Shown here piece after piece: positions 19,882 to 30,712 of a stretch of DNA of 64,000 bases (its first letter is position 1; every line of letters begins with the position of its first letter). This DNA comes from an uncultured Flavobacteriales bacterium (GTDB lineage Bacteria; Bacteroidota; Bacteroidia; CAIKAF01). Made by a program: the position numbers and the translations under genes. The stretch spans positions 5,728 through 69,727 of the forward strand of contig CAIKAF010000004.1 in NCBI GenBank assembly GCA_903825395.1, read 5' to 3'. The notes beneath the pieces were generated by a model that had not been told where the DNA came from, did no database searches, and saw nothing but the letters and a program-made list of their open reading frames with translations.

Positions 19882-21492
19882 ATGAAAATTCGTTTTGTAC
19901 GCTCTTGTGTGGCTCTGTTTTCAGCCGCTTTGCTTTTGGTTATGCCCTTGTCGGCGCAAACCGATGCTCCACCCAAAGATTGGTTCCATTTAAATCAAGA
20001 AGTGGATGGATATGCCGGTGTGAGCAGCAAACAAGCCTATGAATTCTTAAAAAATAAAAAAAGCCGTACTGTGGTTGTGGCGGTCATTGATTCAGGCGTT
20101 GACATAGAACATGAAGATTTAAAAGACGTCATTTGGGTGAACGCGGATGAAATTCCAGGAAATGGAATTGATGACGACAAGAACGGATACATTGACGATG
20201 TGAATGGGTGGAACTTTATTGGTGGCAAAGACGGATCTCAGATTGCCCAAGATGCCCTTGAAATGACCCGTATTGTAGCGGCCTTTGGTCCTCGATTTGC
20301 TGGAAAAGACGAGAAAAGCATCGACAAATCAGATGTAGCCAATTACAAAAACTATACCGCTGCCAAGGCCGTATTGGAGGAAGATTTGGCTGAAGCTCAA
20401 GCCGGATTAAAGCAGTACCAAAGCATTGCCGACAACTTGGATAAAGTTTTAGCTGCTGCCAAGAGTCAAGGGATTGAGGGAATCAAAGGCTCAGACCTTG
20501 AATCGATAAGCGTAGAAGAGGGCAGTGAATTGGCCGAAGCCATGCCCATGGTGAAAATGATTGGCAGCCGAAATCCGGATGTTCCTTTGGCAGAGATTCG
20601 TGGAAGCTTAGACCGGGCATTGGAGTATTTTGGAGGGCAGGTCAACTTTCATCTGAATGTCAATTTTGACCCAAGGGGTATTGTTGGCGACAACTATGCC
20701 AACAGCGATGAACGGTATTATGGAAACAACCTGGTGGAAGGGCCCGATGCCTTTCATGGCACCCATGTGGCCGGAATCATTGCGGCTGTGCGCAACAACG
20801 GAATTGGCATGGACGGCATTGCCGACAACGTACGCATCATGGTATTGCGGGCAGTGCCTGATGGAGATGAGCGCGACAAAGATGTTGCGAATTCCATCCG
20901 CTATGCCGTAGATAACGGAGCGCAAATCATCAACATGAGCTTTGGAAAAGGATTTTCTTGGGATAAAAAAGTGGTGGACGATGCCGTAGCCTATGCCACA
21001 TCAAAAGGAGTTTTGTTGGTGCATGCTGCAGGTAATGAATCGTTGAATGTGGACAAAGAAGATCGTTTTCCAACCAAATATTATGCTACCGGCGGGTCTT
21101 CCAGCACCTGGTTTAACATTGGAGCCGGTTCTTGGAAAAAATCGCCCAAACAAGTGGGTGGTTTTACCAACTATGGCAAAAAGAATGTGGATTTGTTTTC
21201 GCCCGGAGTGGCTATTTACAGCACCATTCCAGACAGCAAATACGACAATGCTCAAGGCACCAGCATGGCCGCTCCTGCAGCAGCCGGCGTAGCGGCAGTA
21301 TTGATGAGCTATTACCCAGCGATGACCGCACAGGATGTCATTGCTGTACTTATGAAGTCGTCCGTAAAGTCGAAGGAAAAAGTAACCTTGCCTGGCAGCG
21401 ACAAAGAAGTAAAATTCAACAGCTTGTCAAAATCAGGTGGTCGCATTGATTTGTACCGGGCGGTGCAAATGGCCGATAAAAAATTCAATTAA
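19882..21492 (+). CDS. S8 family subtilisin-like serine peptidase
   Basis: VAVIDSG, HGTHVAGII, GTSMAAP catalytic triad motifs. Confidence 0.95.
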   Translation: MKIRFVRSCVALFSAALLLVMPLSAQTDAPPKDWFHLNQEVDGYAGVSSKQAYEFLKNKKSRTVVVAVIDSGVDIEHEDLKDVIWVNADEIPGNGIDDDKNGYIDDVNGWNFIGGKDGSQIAQDALEMTRIVAAFGPRFAGKDEKSIDKSDVANYKNYTAAKAVLEEDLAEAQAGLKQYQSIADNLDKVLAAAKSQGIEGIKGSDLESISVEEGSELAEAMPMVKMIGSRNPDVPLAEIRGSLDRALEYFGGQVNFHLNVNFDPRGIVGDNYANSDERYYGNNLVEGPDAFHGTHVAGIIAAVRNNGIGMDGIADNVRIMVLRAVPDGDERDKDVANSIRYAVDNGAQIINMSFGKGFSWDKKVVDDAVAYATSKGVLLVHAAGNESLNVDKEDRFPTKYYATGGSSSTWFNIGAGSWKKSPKQVGGFTNYGKKNVDLFSPGVAIYSTIPDSKYDNAQGTSMAAPAAAGVAAVLMSYYPAMTAQDVIAVLMKSSVKSKEKVTLPGSDKEVKFNSLSKSGGRIDLYRAVQMADKKFN

Positions 21493-21514
21493 GTACTATT
21501 GGTAGCCCTGAGGG

Positions 21515-23923
21515 ATGCAGGTGCCACGGTGGATTTGGATTGCGCTTGGAATGGCCGGCAGCTTAAGCTTGCCGGCGCAGCTTCTTGTGACTGGAAAGAT
21601 TGTGGACGGGCGCACCTCGGCTCCACTGCCCTTTGCTTCGGTTGTTTTAGCCGGAACGGGTAAAGGAGTTGCTGCTGACATCGATGGTCGGTTTCAATTG
21701 AGCGTAGCCAATTCAGAAACCCGATTGGTGGTTTCCTGCATTGGTTACCTGAATGACACCGTCGTAGCGGGCAGCGGCAACCTGCGTATTTCCCTGAAGC
21801 CATCGTCCGTGCGGTTGAAAGAAGTCACCTATTTGGCGGGCATGTCTGAGGCCGAGCGTTGGGTTCGGCGGATTTTGACCAAGCGGGACAGCCTTAACCC
21901 ATTGTCCCTTCCAAAATGGAAAGCCACGGTGTATCAGCGCATCAGCTTGAGTCCACAGGCAGACAGCCTATTGGCCATGACCGACAGCCTGCGGATGAAA
22001 AAGCCGGATAGTGCCTTATTGGAGATAAAATCCATGGCTGAAAAGCAGTATTTCTTTTTGAATGAATCGGTGATCGAGCGGAGGCACTTAAAGCCGGGGC
22101 GGTATCAGGAGACCATAAAAGCCAGTCGGACGTCGGGGCTTCAGAATCCCATAATTTCCACCTTAACCACGCAGATGCAAAGCTTGAGTTTTTATGAAGA
22201 CCGCTTTGAAATTTTGGGGGTATCGTATCAAAATCCCATCAGCAAAGATGGATTGGGCATGTATTATTATGACATTGCCGACACCTTGTATCAGGGGACA
22301 GACACCTTGCTTTTGATTCAGTACTTTCCATTAAAATCGAAAAATTCGAAGGGGATTCAGGGGCAATTGTTCATCAACAGCAGCCGGGTAGCCTTGCAGA
22401 GTGCGGTAGCTTCGCCGGTGGATTCTACAGGAAACAGAGTAGCCATCGTGCAGCGGTATGAGCCTTGCGACAGCATGGCTTGGTTTCCGGTGCAGCAGCA
22501 ATTGGATTTGCATTTAAAATCGGCCAGCATGAATGGCATCCCTTTGGTGGTGCAATCGCGCACCTATTTGCGGAACATAGAGCGACGGGAGCGGATTCGC
22601 CCTTCGGATTTTAGTGCCATGGCCGTAGAGTTGGCTCCGGATTGGGAAGGCAATACCGAAGAATTATTAAATGAGTTTGGGGCGGAAGAACGGGAAGGGG
22701 GTAAAGATTCATTGACCTATCATGTCATAGACAGCGTAGGAAAAGAAATGAACTTAGACCGTAGATTAAAGGGCGTAGAGGCCTTGATAACGGGTAGATT
22801 GAGGACAGGAAAGATCGATTGGAATTTGAATGAGCTCATTCGGGCCAACCAATATGAGGGCTTTCGTTTGGGGATTGGCTTGCAGAGCAATGAGCGCTTG
22901 TTAAAGTGGTGGCAGGTGGGGGGCTATGTAGCCTGGGGCTTTAAAGATGAAGCCTTGAAATGGGGCGTATTTTCGGAATGGCCGTTGCATCAAAAAACAG
23001 CCACGCGCATTCGGTTGAGTTATCGGCAGGATGTCATTGAGCGGGCAGCTACGGACATGGCCATCGTGCCCCCATTGCAATTGAATGATTTGAATCGGCA
23101 GTTGGCGGTATCGGTATTTGACAGCATTCAAGAAACCCGGTTTAGTATAGAGAGTAGTCCGGTGGCCAATGTTCAGGTGCAGGCTTATGGACAGTACCGC
23201 TGGCAAAATCCGACCGATGCATATCGGTTTGTTCAGGGGGCGGATAGTTTGATGCGGTTTAGCTTTACCGAGATTGGGCTGAGTGTGCGTTGGGGTTTGG
23301 GAGAGAAATACATTCCCTTTGGAAGCACTCGGGTTGCCTTGCCAACTCAGCTTCCGGTGCTTTGGTTTCAGGTGGGTCGGGGGATAGAATGGGCGGTTGG
23401 AGGCGTAGCATACACGCGGATGCAGTTTAAAATGGAAGAGCGGTACAGTTGGAAAAAATGGGGGAGGACACAGCTGAGTATTTTAGCGGGTTGGGTACCG
23501 GAGCGGGTTCCGGCGCAGGTATTATTTAATGGTCGGGGCAGTTATACCGATTTCTCGTTGGTGAGCCGCAATGCTTTTGAGACCATGATGCCGGCGGAAT
23601 TTTTGGGCAACTACCATGTATTTGGATTTATAAACCACACCTTTCCGAATTGGGTAAAGTGGCGCAAGGTATTTCGGCCGAATTTGACCTTATTTCAAAA
23701 CATGGGCTGGGGGGGCAGGCAAGATCGAGATGTTCATATTGGAACGGGGGCGAAGAGCTTGGAGGCCGGGTATTTTGAATCGGGTTTAAGCATTGACAAT
23801 CTGTTGGTGTTGAACAATTCCGGGTTTGGGGTTGGGGCTTTTTACCGGTATGGGGCAAACGCCTTGCCCGGCGGTCCGAGCAAGAACGTATTTTTGAAGA
23901 TGAGTATTTCCTTTTTGTTTTAG
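21515..23923 (+). CDS. DUF5686 outer-membrane protein with carboxypeptidase-regulatory-like domain
   Basis: GKIVD...PLPFASV...ADIDGRF; NQYEGFRLG; C-terminal F. Confidence 0.8.
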   Translation: MQVPRWIWIALGMAGSLSLPAQLLVTGKIVDGRTSAPLPFASVVLAGTGKGVAADIDGRFQLSVANSETRLVVSCIGYLNDTVVAGSGNLRISLKPSSVRLKEVTYLAGMSEAERWVRRILTKRDSLNPLSLPKWKATVYQRISLSPQADSLLAMTDSLRMKKPDSALLEIKSMAEKQYFFLNESVIERRHLKPGRYQETIKASRTSGLQNPIISTLTTQMQSLSFYEDRFEILGVSYQNPISKDGLGMYYYDIADTLYQGTDTLLLIQYFPLKSKNSKGIQGQLFINSSRVALQSAVASPVDSTGNRVAIVQRYEPCDSMAWFPVQQQLDLHLKSASMNGIPLVVQSRTYLRNIERRERIRPSDFSAMAVELAPDWEGNTEELLNEFGAEEREGGKDSLTYHVIDSVGKEMNLDRRLKGVEALITGRLRTGKIDWNLNELIRANQYEGFRLGIGLQSNERLLKWWQVGGYVAWGFKDEALKWGVFSEWPLHQKTATRIRLSYRQDVIERAATDMAIVPPLQLNDLNRQLAVSVFDSIQETRFSIESSPVANVQVQAYGQYRWQNPTDAYRFVQGADSLMRFSFTEIGLSVRWGLGEKYIPFGSTRVALPTQLPVLWFQVGRGIEWAVGGVAYTRMQFKMEERYSWKKWGRTQLSILAGWVPERVPAQVLFNGRGSYTDFSLVSRNAFETMMPAEFLGNYHVFGFINHTFPNWVKWRKVFRPNLTLFQNMGWGGRQDRDVHIGTGAKSLEAGYFESGLSIDNLLVLNNSGFGVGAFYRYGANALPGGPSKNVFLKMSISFLF

Positions 23924-23941
23924 GGGGGGAGTTCCTCCTAA

Positions 23942-24715
23942 TTATGGAATTACATTAAACTCGATTACAGAAAGTCCTTTTACGTTTCCTCCGGCTTGTA
24001 GGGTAGTTCCGGCGGGCAGCCACATGGGGAGGGATGTGGAGATTTGGGGGCGGACTCGATCCATTCGGGAGAGTGCTGAGGTGGCACCAGAACTACCCAC
24101 AAAATTTCTCCAGTCATTATTTACAGTATAACAGCACCCGCATGAATTCGTTGCGTTGTACGTTTCAACAATTTGTGCCCCATTGGCAAGATTCACCACT
24201 ATCCTATATTCAGATGCCCCCCCCGATGTTTGATTTACAGCCATCAACCAAAAATTCCAACGATCAATTTCATTGTTTCCGGGCGAAGGTGGTGTGAAGG
24301 TAGCTACCGTGGTAAATTGGTTGTAGGTATTGTTCAATGGAGAGCTGGAATTGTCTTGGTCAATAGCCGAACCGCTTCCACTTCCCAGAAACCGCATGCG
24401 AATAACAGTGTTGCAAATTTGCCCTCGGGCCTGCACCTCCACCGAAGTCACATTTTCCCATCGGCTTACATTGTAGGAATCGTAGCCAAGTACAATGGTA
24501 TCTCCATTTACGTAAAAGGTAGGCGAGACGCGAATGCCTTGAGACAGGCCCAGCATGGCGCTTTCTACCTTCCAGACCTTATTTTGGGGTACGGAATCGA
24601 GGGCTTGAATCAGTTTTACCTGATTGAATTGAAGGCTGCCTTGGGCGAATACCGAGCCGCCGAGGGCGATGCAGAGGAAAGCGAGGCTAGATTTAAGAAG
24701 GGGAAATGAATGCAT
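23942..24715 (-). CDS. Exported hypothetical protein
   Basis: ATG 24715 gives signal peptide MHSFPLLK...VFAQ; QFNQVKL..VPQNKVWKVES and PMWLPAGTTL..VIEFNV. Confidence 0.7.
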   Translation of the reverse strand: MHSFPLLKSSLAFLCIALGGSVFAQGSLQFNQVKLIQALDSVPQNKVWKVESAMLGLSQGIRVSPTFYVNGDTIVLGYDSYNVSRWENVTSVEVQARGQICNTVIRMRFLGSGSGSAIDQDNSSSPLNNTYNQFTTVATFTPPSPGNNEIDRWNFWLMAVNQTSGGASEYRIVVNLANGAQIVETYNATNSCGCCYTVNNDWRNFVGSSGATSALSRMDRVRPQISTSLPMWLPAGTTLQAGGNVKGLSVIEFNVIP

Positions 24716-24834
24716 GAGATAAAAATAAAGAATGTTTTTTGGAGTACCGCCGCGGTGGTGTGCGGGCAGATAAAGGTAACATTTGGCTAATAATTGGATT
24801 AAATTCGTACCTTGCATTAAATAACCGTTTAACC

Positions 24835-26895
24835 ATGCTAAAAAATTACATTTTACCCGTAGCACTGCTTGCCGTTGCAGGCGTTGCACAAGGCCAAAAA
24901 GCAAGTCCTCAGCGGACAGTTGCTGGTCTGTATGAGTTGCCATTTACCGGTGGAGGTCATTCCACGGAGGGCGCTTCGAATTTCTTTTCATCTGTGGTTT
25001 ACTCTGAGACCTGGAGCTTTGGCTTTGCAGGAGAGATGGGTCCATGGACCAATCCATTGAAGCAATCTACCGGCTCCAATGGCTTGGAAAACGACAACGA
25101 TGCCGCTTGGGAATACCGAGGTCCCAGCACAGTTCCAGATGTGACTGTTGGTGGTCGTGGCGCGTGTGAGCCTTCTTTAATTACTTCTACAACAGCCGCC
25201 AATGGCTTTGTTATTTTTGATTCAAACTGGTTGGATGACCAAGGTTCTAGCTGTGCTGGTGCGTTGGGTTCAGGACCTGCTCCTGCTCCACAGCGTTCTA
25301 TTTTGACTTCTCCTGTCATTAACTTGTCGAACAATCCGGTTGTAGGTTTGGCTTTCGAGCATTACACTCGTGTGTTCCAAGGAAACCGGGTGGTAGAAAT
25401 TTCTACCAACAACGGAACAACTTGGACTCAAGTGTGGGCAGCAGGAACAACGCCTAACAGCATTGACTCCGGTACCATTTATGTGCCATTGACGGTAGGT
25501 GGTTCTCCTAGCTTCCAATTCCGTTTTGTATGGGATTCTGACTACTATTCATGGATGATTGATGACATCTATTTGGGTGTTCCATTGAACTATGAGATTG
25601 CTCAAAGTGACCCACAGTTTTCATTTGATTTCTTAAATGCAACTGCTTTCACTGGAGGAGACACACTTCATACCAAGTTGTTTCAAGCGACGCCAACAAT
25701 CACTGCTGGTTTAGATTCAATGTATTGGGGAACAACTGTTTCAAATATGGGAGGCATGAACCAAAACGTTACTGTTTCGGTTAAACTTCTTGATATGGCA
25801 AATACAGTATTGGGACAAGATAGCCGTACGTTCAACCTTGCCGCTGGTGCTACCCGTGTTATTCGTGGTTATTCTGCCATTGCTGCCCCTACTGCTTTAG
25901 GAACCTATCGTGTTGAGATTGAATCGCAAGGTGCCAACGCCGATATGATTAACCCCAACGACAATAAGTTTCAGCATACCGTTGTGATTAACGATACTAT
26001 TTATGCCATGGAAGGCTTGCCAAAGGTCAATCCTGTAGCTGGAACTGATTATCAGTTTGTTTTCCATAACAATACTGCGGCATCTATTCCAAATGCCCCG
26101 AACGAGCAGAAATACCACTTAATGACCAAATTTGAGTCGGTTAACCAAGATATGGTCTATTTCATTGAAACGTATTTGGTTGCTAGCGCTGCCACTCAAA
26201 CATCTCCTGGTCGCGTTACAACTCCAGGAACACAATTGTCTGGATTCTTAGCCAATCGTTCTCAATCAGGTCTAGATATTTTTGGGTTCCCAGATGACAT
26301 TCACACTGTTGCTCCATGGGCCCAGGGTGAAACCGGTCGTTACATCCGTATGAAGATTTTCCCAACTCAAATTCCTCCTACCGATAGTACTACTCAGTTC
26401 TATGGTGGTGTAATGTTGGAGTCTTCTCAAACTGCAGTGAATGATTTGAATGGCAAATTTGTGATTCCTGGAATTTCTGGTGACCGTCACCAAGGTCAAA
26501 CCACCTTGTACTGGGCTCCTGCGGACTACACCTATTACATTTATTCTGGCAATGCGGTTGCTACCGTTCGTTTAGGTCTTCAGCCTTTGGGCACTAGCAA
26601 TGCTATTCCTACTGAGATTGGTGATTTCAGCAGCTTCTTGTTGAGTGAAATGTATCCAAATCCTGCTCAAGAGGTATCGAACCTAGAGTTCACCTTGAAT
26701 GAGCCAGGAATGGTAGAAATTTATACCCGCGATTTGAATGGCCGCGATGTGGCTGCTCCAGTTCAAGGTATGATGCAGACAGGTACTCACCATCATGTTG
26801 TAAATACCTCTGCATTGGCTTCTGGAGTTTACCATGTAACCTTTATTGCTCATGGCAAAACGGTTACTCGTAAACTGATTGTAGCTGCAAAATAA
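24835..26895 (+). CDS. T9SS-secreted protein with type A CTD
   Basis: ATG 24835, signal peptide; LTSPVINLS...WMIDDI; MYPNPA...SGVYHV...RKLIV. Confidence 0.85.
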   Translation: MLKNYILPVALLAVAGVAQGQKASPQRTVAGLYELPFTGGGHSTEGASNFFSSVVYSETWSFGFAGEMGPWTNPLKQSTGSNGLENDNDAAWEYRGPSTVPDVTVGGRGACEPSLITSTTAANGFVIFDSNWLDDQGSSCAGALGSGPAPAPQRSILTSPVINLSNNPVVGLAFEHYTRVFQGNRVVEISTNNGTTWTQVWAAGTTPNSIDSGTIYVPLTVGGSPSFQFRFVWDSDYYSWMIDDIYLGVPLNYEIAQSDPQFSFDFLNATAFTGGDTLHTKLFQATPTITAGLDSMYWGTTVSNMGGMNQNVTVSVKLLDMANTVLGQDSRTFNLAAGATRVIRGYSAIAAPTALGTYRVEIESQGANADMINPNDNKFQHTVVINDTIYAMEGLPKVNPVAGTDYQFVFHNNTAASIPNAPNEQKYHLMTKFESVNQDMVYFIETYLVASAATQTSPGRVTTPGTQLSGFLANRSQSGLDIFGFPDDIHTVAPWAQGETGRYIRMKIFPTQIPPTDSTTQFYGGVMLESSQTAVNDLNGKFVIPGISGDRHQGQTTLYWAPADYTYYIYSGNAVATVRLGLQPLGTSNAIPTEIGDFSSFLLSEMYPNPAQEVSNLEFTLNEPGMVEIYTRDLNGRDVAAPVQGMMQTGTHHHVVNTSALASGVYHVTFIAHGKTVTRKLIVAAK

Positions 26896-26914
26896 TCTAT
26901 AAACCAAACGGTTG

Positions 26915-26941
26915 AAAAAGGGGGCTTCGGCCCCCTTTTTT
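26915..26941. terminator. Bidirectional rho-independent terminator
   Basis: AAAAAGGGGGC-TTCG-GCCCCCTTTTTT. Confidence 0.88.
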
Positions 26942-27016
26942 GTTTATGGATGTTGCGGTTGAATGTTGATTTGAGCTTGGCCGCGAAATAGGAAGAGCGG
27001 GGCAAGGAAGGAGGCT

Positions 27017-27158
27017 GCGGCAGGGATTGAATGGGGTAGCACGCAAGGCCATAAGCCCCCAGCCCGCGCGCAGCGGAGGCGACCTTGGGAGCCCCCGCAA
27101 TGCCGCTGGGCTGGTGGCTTATGGACGCGGACTACCCATGAAAGCCCGTTTGCCGCCC
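27017..27158 (+). repeat. Structured ~143-bp dispersed hairpin element, copy 3
   Basis: GCGGCAGGGATTGA-AT-G-GGGTAG...GCGAC-CTTG-GGAGC...CTACCC-AT-GAAAGCCCG...CCGCCC. Confidence 0.9.
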
Positions 27159-27216
27159 AAACCATCCATGCGATTCATATGCGGCAGCGTTAAGGTGTGG
27201 GAAAGGTACAGCGGCC

Positions 27217-27987
27217 TTATTCGGGGCGGAATTGAGGGAAATCGGGGGGCCAGATGGGAGATTGTGGCTGTTGCAACTCCATGTTGAAGACGCTTTGGAG
27301 CGCTTCGACTGTTTGCTGAACTACGCGGGGATATGAAACGCCTTCCACTTCTAAATGAAGGCTGGTTACGCCTTTGTCGGGGATGCCGCAGGGGACGATA
27401 TAGGAGAATGGGCTGAGATCGGCGCAAATGTTAAAGGCGAAGCCGTGCATGGTTACCCAGCGGCTGGTGTGCACTCCGATGGCGCAGATTTTTCGAGCTT
27501 TGGAAGGAACATCGGCATCTAGCCAAACGCCGGTTAGGCCCTCGATTCTGGAGCCATTTAGACCGTATTCTTTTAATACCATGATAATTGCTTCTTCGAG
27601 CAGGCGCAGGTATTTTCCGATATCGGTGAAAAAATTTGCCAGATCTAGAATGGGGTATGCGGTTAGCTGGCCTGGTCCGTGGTAGGTAATGTCTCCTCCG
27701 CGGTTAATGGGCAGAAAGTCCACACCTTTGGACTGGAGCATGTGCTCATTGAGGAGCAAATTACCGGGATTTCCGCTTTTTCCCAGCGTAAAAACGGGAT
27801 TGTGTTCGCAGAGCAGCAGGAAATTTTCTGTGGCTTGCAGGGCTTGAGGCTCGCGTTTACGGTTGTCCAGCTTTTGCTCGACAATGCGGGCGTGCAAATG
27901 TTGTTGCAAGGCCCAAGCGGAGCGGTATTCCACATGCCCCATATTGCAGAGCCATACTTTCGTGTTTTTAGGAGGCAGGTGCTCCAT
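27217..27987 (-). CDS. lipB: Lipoyl(octanoyl) transferase
   Basis: EHNPVFTLGK, RGGDITYHGPGQ, KICAIGV, HGFAFN, PCGI. Confidence 0.96.
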   Translation of the reverse strand: MEHLPPKNTKVWLCNMGHVEYRSAWALQQHLHARIVEQKLDNRKREPQALQATENFLLLCEHNPVFTLGKSGNPGNLLLNEHMLQSKGVDFLPINRGGDITYHGPGQLTAYPILDLANFFTDIGKYLRLLEEAIIMVLKEYGLNGSRIEGLTGVWLDADVPSKARKICAIGVHTSRWVTMHGFAFNICADLSPFSYIVPCGIPDKGVTSLHLEVEGVSYPRVVQQTVEALQSVFNMELQQPQSPIWPPDFPQFRPE

Positions 27988-28973
27988 TAGCCCTTGGCCA
28001 GAGTTCCCTTCAGGTAATCGATAACCTTCACTTCCATTACATCGACTTGGCGCATTTCAGACAAAAAGAAAGATGCCCAATCGGTGAGGTGAATCAGGTG
28101 CAACCCTTGTTCCACCGGGTGATTTCCTTTTGCGATCAGTTCAATGGTGTTGGGCGTGTATTTTTTAAAAATATCCTTCATGATATCCATGCGGGTTTGG
28201 TTGCGCGGATAATCGTTGGAGGTGCGCATAAGGACAGGGGCCAGGTGGTTGGTTCCTCCGGCCCAGCCTACCAACTCGTTGTGGTTCATTTCAGGAACGG
28301 CATGATGCCAGCAGAGGTCTTTTGCATTTTCATTGATTTGCTGCCGAAAGCGAACGGCCATACCTTCGATGGAGGCTTCGGCATAAATTACCGCCATTTT
28401 TCCATTTAAGTGGTTGGCGAGCTTTTTGCCTTCTTGCATGTAGTAATCGGCATTGTTGCGCAAATTTTGAATCATTTCGCCCATTTTTTGGCGGTAATCT
28501 GTGGGCAGGCAGCCCAGCCAAACGAATACATCCACCAATTGGGTTAAGGAATAGCCCAGGCATGCGCGTGGGGGGAATCCGCCTGGGATTTTTCTGAAAT
28601 CGTAGCCATGTTGGATGGCAAATTTTTCGAGTTCGCCTCCGCTGGTAATGCAGAGAATTGAGGCTCCTGCTTGGCGGGCCTTTTCTACGGCCTCAAGGGT
28701 TTCTTCGGTATTTCCGCTGTAAGAGCAAGCGATAAACAGGGTTTTTTCGTTTACGCAAGCGGGTAAGCTGTAGTCTTTATTTACCAGAACGGGGATTTGG
28801 GCGTGAGGTCTGGACCAATCGGCGACCATTGTACCTCCGATTCCCGAACCACCTAATCCAGAGATGACAATTAGGGAAGGATTTTTAAGGGTGTTTTTTA
28901 GTGGACTTGCATCGGCAATGCCAAGGCTGGTTTCAATTTGTCCGGGGAAACCGGCGATCAACTCGTTCATCAT
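27987..28973 (-). CDS. Bifunctional phosphoglucose/phosphomannose isomerase (SIS)
   Basis: GLGGSGIGG, SYSGNTEET, QQINENAK, PEMNHNE. Confidence 0.9.
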   Translation of the reverse strand: MMNELIAGFPGQIETSLGIADASPLKNTLKNPSLIVISGLGGSGIGGTMVADWSRPHAQIPVLVNKDYSLPACVNEKTLFIACSYSGNTEETLEAVEKARQAGASILCITSGGELEKFAIQHGYDFRKIPGGFPPRACLGYSLTQLVDVFVWLGCLPTDYRQKMGEMIQNLRNNADYYMQEGKKLANHLNGKMAVIYAEASIEGMAVRFRQQINENAKDLCWHHAVPEMNHNELVGWAGGTNHLAPVLMRTSNDYPRNQTRMDIMKDIFKKYTPNTIELIAKGNHPVEQGLHLIHLTDWASFFLSEMRQVDVMEVKVIDYLKGTLAKG

Positions 28974-29040
28974 AACGTATTATTTCAATTGCATTGCAAA
29001 TATACCCTTTTACTTATGGCTTATCAAGGGTAAGGCGGGC

Positions 29041-29571
29041 CTATTTCTTTGCGGGGATTTTGTTTTCCAGCAAATCGCTGTAAGAAACCGACAGTAAATC
29101 TTCCGCTTGAATATTCAGTTTTTGCATCCAAAACCGGCATTGTTCCTGTAGGTACTCTTTGCCCAACGTATGGTCTTTATCGATGGCCTCTATTTCGAGG
29201 AATTCTCCCAAGTTGTTCACTCGGTCGATGTGAAATTTCACATTGTCTACAAAATAGATTTCTCTGTGTTTATCCACTTCATTCCAAGTGCCCAATGCAT
29301 TTGTCAAAAAGGCCTTTAAGGGTGTATTGGGCTTGGTTTCAAGCAGAGACACTTCTGATGTTTTGGGTCCGGGCATATCGGATCTCCGGTAAAAAATCAA
29401 ATGGTTTTCAATGTTTCCTTCTCGGAGTTTGAGTCGTCCGGATGGGACGTTAAAATAGGTGTCAATTTGGTGGTCTTCTCCAACAAATCGTGCATTGGCT
29501 TGCTGTAAAATCGTTCTGGCGAAAGCGGCATCTGGGCAGTGCGCCTTGATTTCAACATTTAAATGTTCCAT
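29041..29571 (-). CDS. CYTH domain protein (class IV adenylate cyclase-like)
   Basis: VEIKA, DTYF, GRLKLRE, LGEFLEIE, SYSDLL. Confidence 0.88.
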   Translation of the reverse strand: MEHLNVEIKAHCPDAAFARTILQQANARFVGEDHQIDTYFNVPSGRLKLREGNIENHLIFYRRSDMPGPKTSEVSLLETKPNTPLKAFLTNALGTWNEVDKHREIYFVDNVKFHIDRVNNLGEFLEIEAIDKDHTLGKEYLQEQCRFWMQKLNIQAEDLLSVSYSDLLENKIPAKK

Positions 29572-29590
29572 AATTGGGTCTCCTTTCGGA

Positions 29591-30712
29591 TTAAGGCCGT
29601 TTGAATTCCTTCAGCCAATCGGCAAAGGACTTTAGATCGCCCGGAGCGGCGGGCAGGTATCGAACGGAGGGCTGTTCTTCGTGTACGCTATCCCATTCCA
29701 CTTCAAATGATGGGGTTTCCATGGATTCAGCGGGTTCCGGCTCAGGCGTCTGACTTACCACGGGTTCTTCCTCTGTAGGTACAAAAGGAGGAATTAGGGC
29801 CAATATATGAGGTTCGGGGTTGGAATCCGGAGATTCTACAGAGGTGGACCCGGGCTGTTCTGATTCAGCATTATTCTCCTCGTTTTCATTGGGAAGGTTC
29901 TCTTCCTGTGGGGAAGGTGTCTGGGTTAATTCAGAATCTTGAGCGCGTTCTGGATCAACATGGGAGGAGTTGGGGACTTGGGCTTGAAGGTCTTCGGTTG
30001 GAACTGGGGTTGTAGGCTCCTGTTTCTTTTGCGTTTCTTCCTCTACATCGGTTGAGGTATTGGCTTTTCGTTGCCTTAATTCTTCGAGATAGGCTTGAAT
30101 GGCTTTCCGATTTTCTTCTGCGGATTTGGCTCCTTTCAAGGCTTCTTCCACTTTTTGGCCCACCTGTTCTGGAGATAGATTTCCATTGGATTCGGTTTGA
30201 GATTCGGGGGGGGTAGGTGTTGATTTTGGAGGCTCCGGTGGTGTTTCTGATTTGGTTTCCTGCGGGGCAAGAGCCTCCTCAGATTTGGTTGGTTCTGATG
30301 GAAGTTCCTGAGTGCTCTGTTCTGGCTCGGCCGAAGGCTTATGGTCATCGTCTTGGCTGCCCTTATGGGATTGAGGATGCGGGCTAGGCAGCTCGTCTTG
30401 TATGGCAATTTCCTCTACTGCGTTGGGGTTGGTTGAGTTCTCGGGTTCAATTGGGGCAAAGGGGACTTGGGGGGCGAATCGCTGTTCATCCTTATCCTCT
30501 AGTTTGGGGTTTTCGGTGGGTAGATGAATTGAGAGGGCGTCCTTTTTAGATCTTTGCTTACGGAAAATAACAATAACCAGCAGAACAAAAGCGAGAATGA
30601 GTAGGCCAATGGCTATTCCCATGAGCAGAAAAAGTTCCTGTCTGTCTTGCTGTAAGGTCTGAAGCCGTTCAGTGGGAGAGACATAGAGCAAGTGCAAAAG
30701 GGACAAGGGCAT
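29591..30712 (-). CDS. Single-TM protein with long acidic Pro/Glu-rich disordered region
   Basis: TM near the N-terminus, low-complexity body, C-terminal SFADWLK. Confidence 0.7.
   Translation of the reverse strand: MPLSLLHLLYVSPTERLQTLQQDRQELFLLMGIAIGLLILAFVLLVIVIFRKQRSKKDALSIHLPTENPKLEDKDEQRFAPQVPFAPIEPENSTNPNAVEEIAIQDELPSPHPQSHKGSQDDDHKPSAEPEQSTQELPSEPTKSEEALAPQETKSETPPEPPKSTPTPPESQTESNGNLSPEQVGQKVEEALKGAKSAEENRKAIQAYLEELRQRKANTSTDVEEETQKKQEPTTPVPTEDLQAQVPNSSHVDPERAQDSELTQTPSPQEENLPNENEENNAESEQPGSTSVESPDSNPEPHILALIPPFVPTEEEPVVSQTPEPEPAESMETPSFEVEWDSVHEEQPSVRYLPAAPGDLKSFADWLKEFKRP

Noticed and set aside
24716-24943. Apparent head-to-head overlap of the two divergent ORFs
   Set aside because: Downstream ATGs (24715 and 24835) give signal peptides and leave a normal intergenic region.
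27987-28973. Archaeal-type PGI/PMI as a horizontal-transfer novelty
   Set aside because: This family is already known in Bacteroidota, and context and composition look native.
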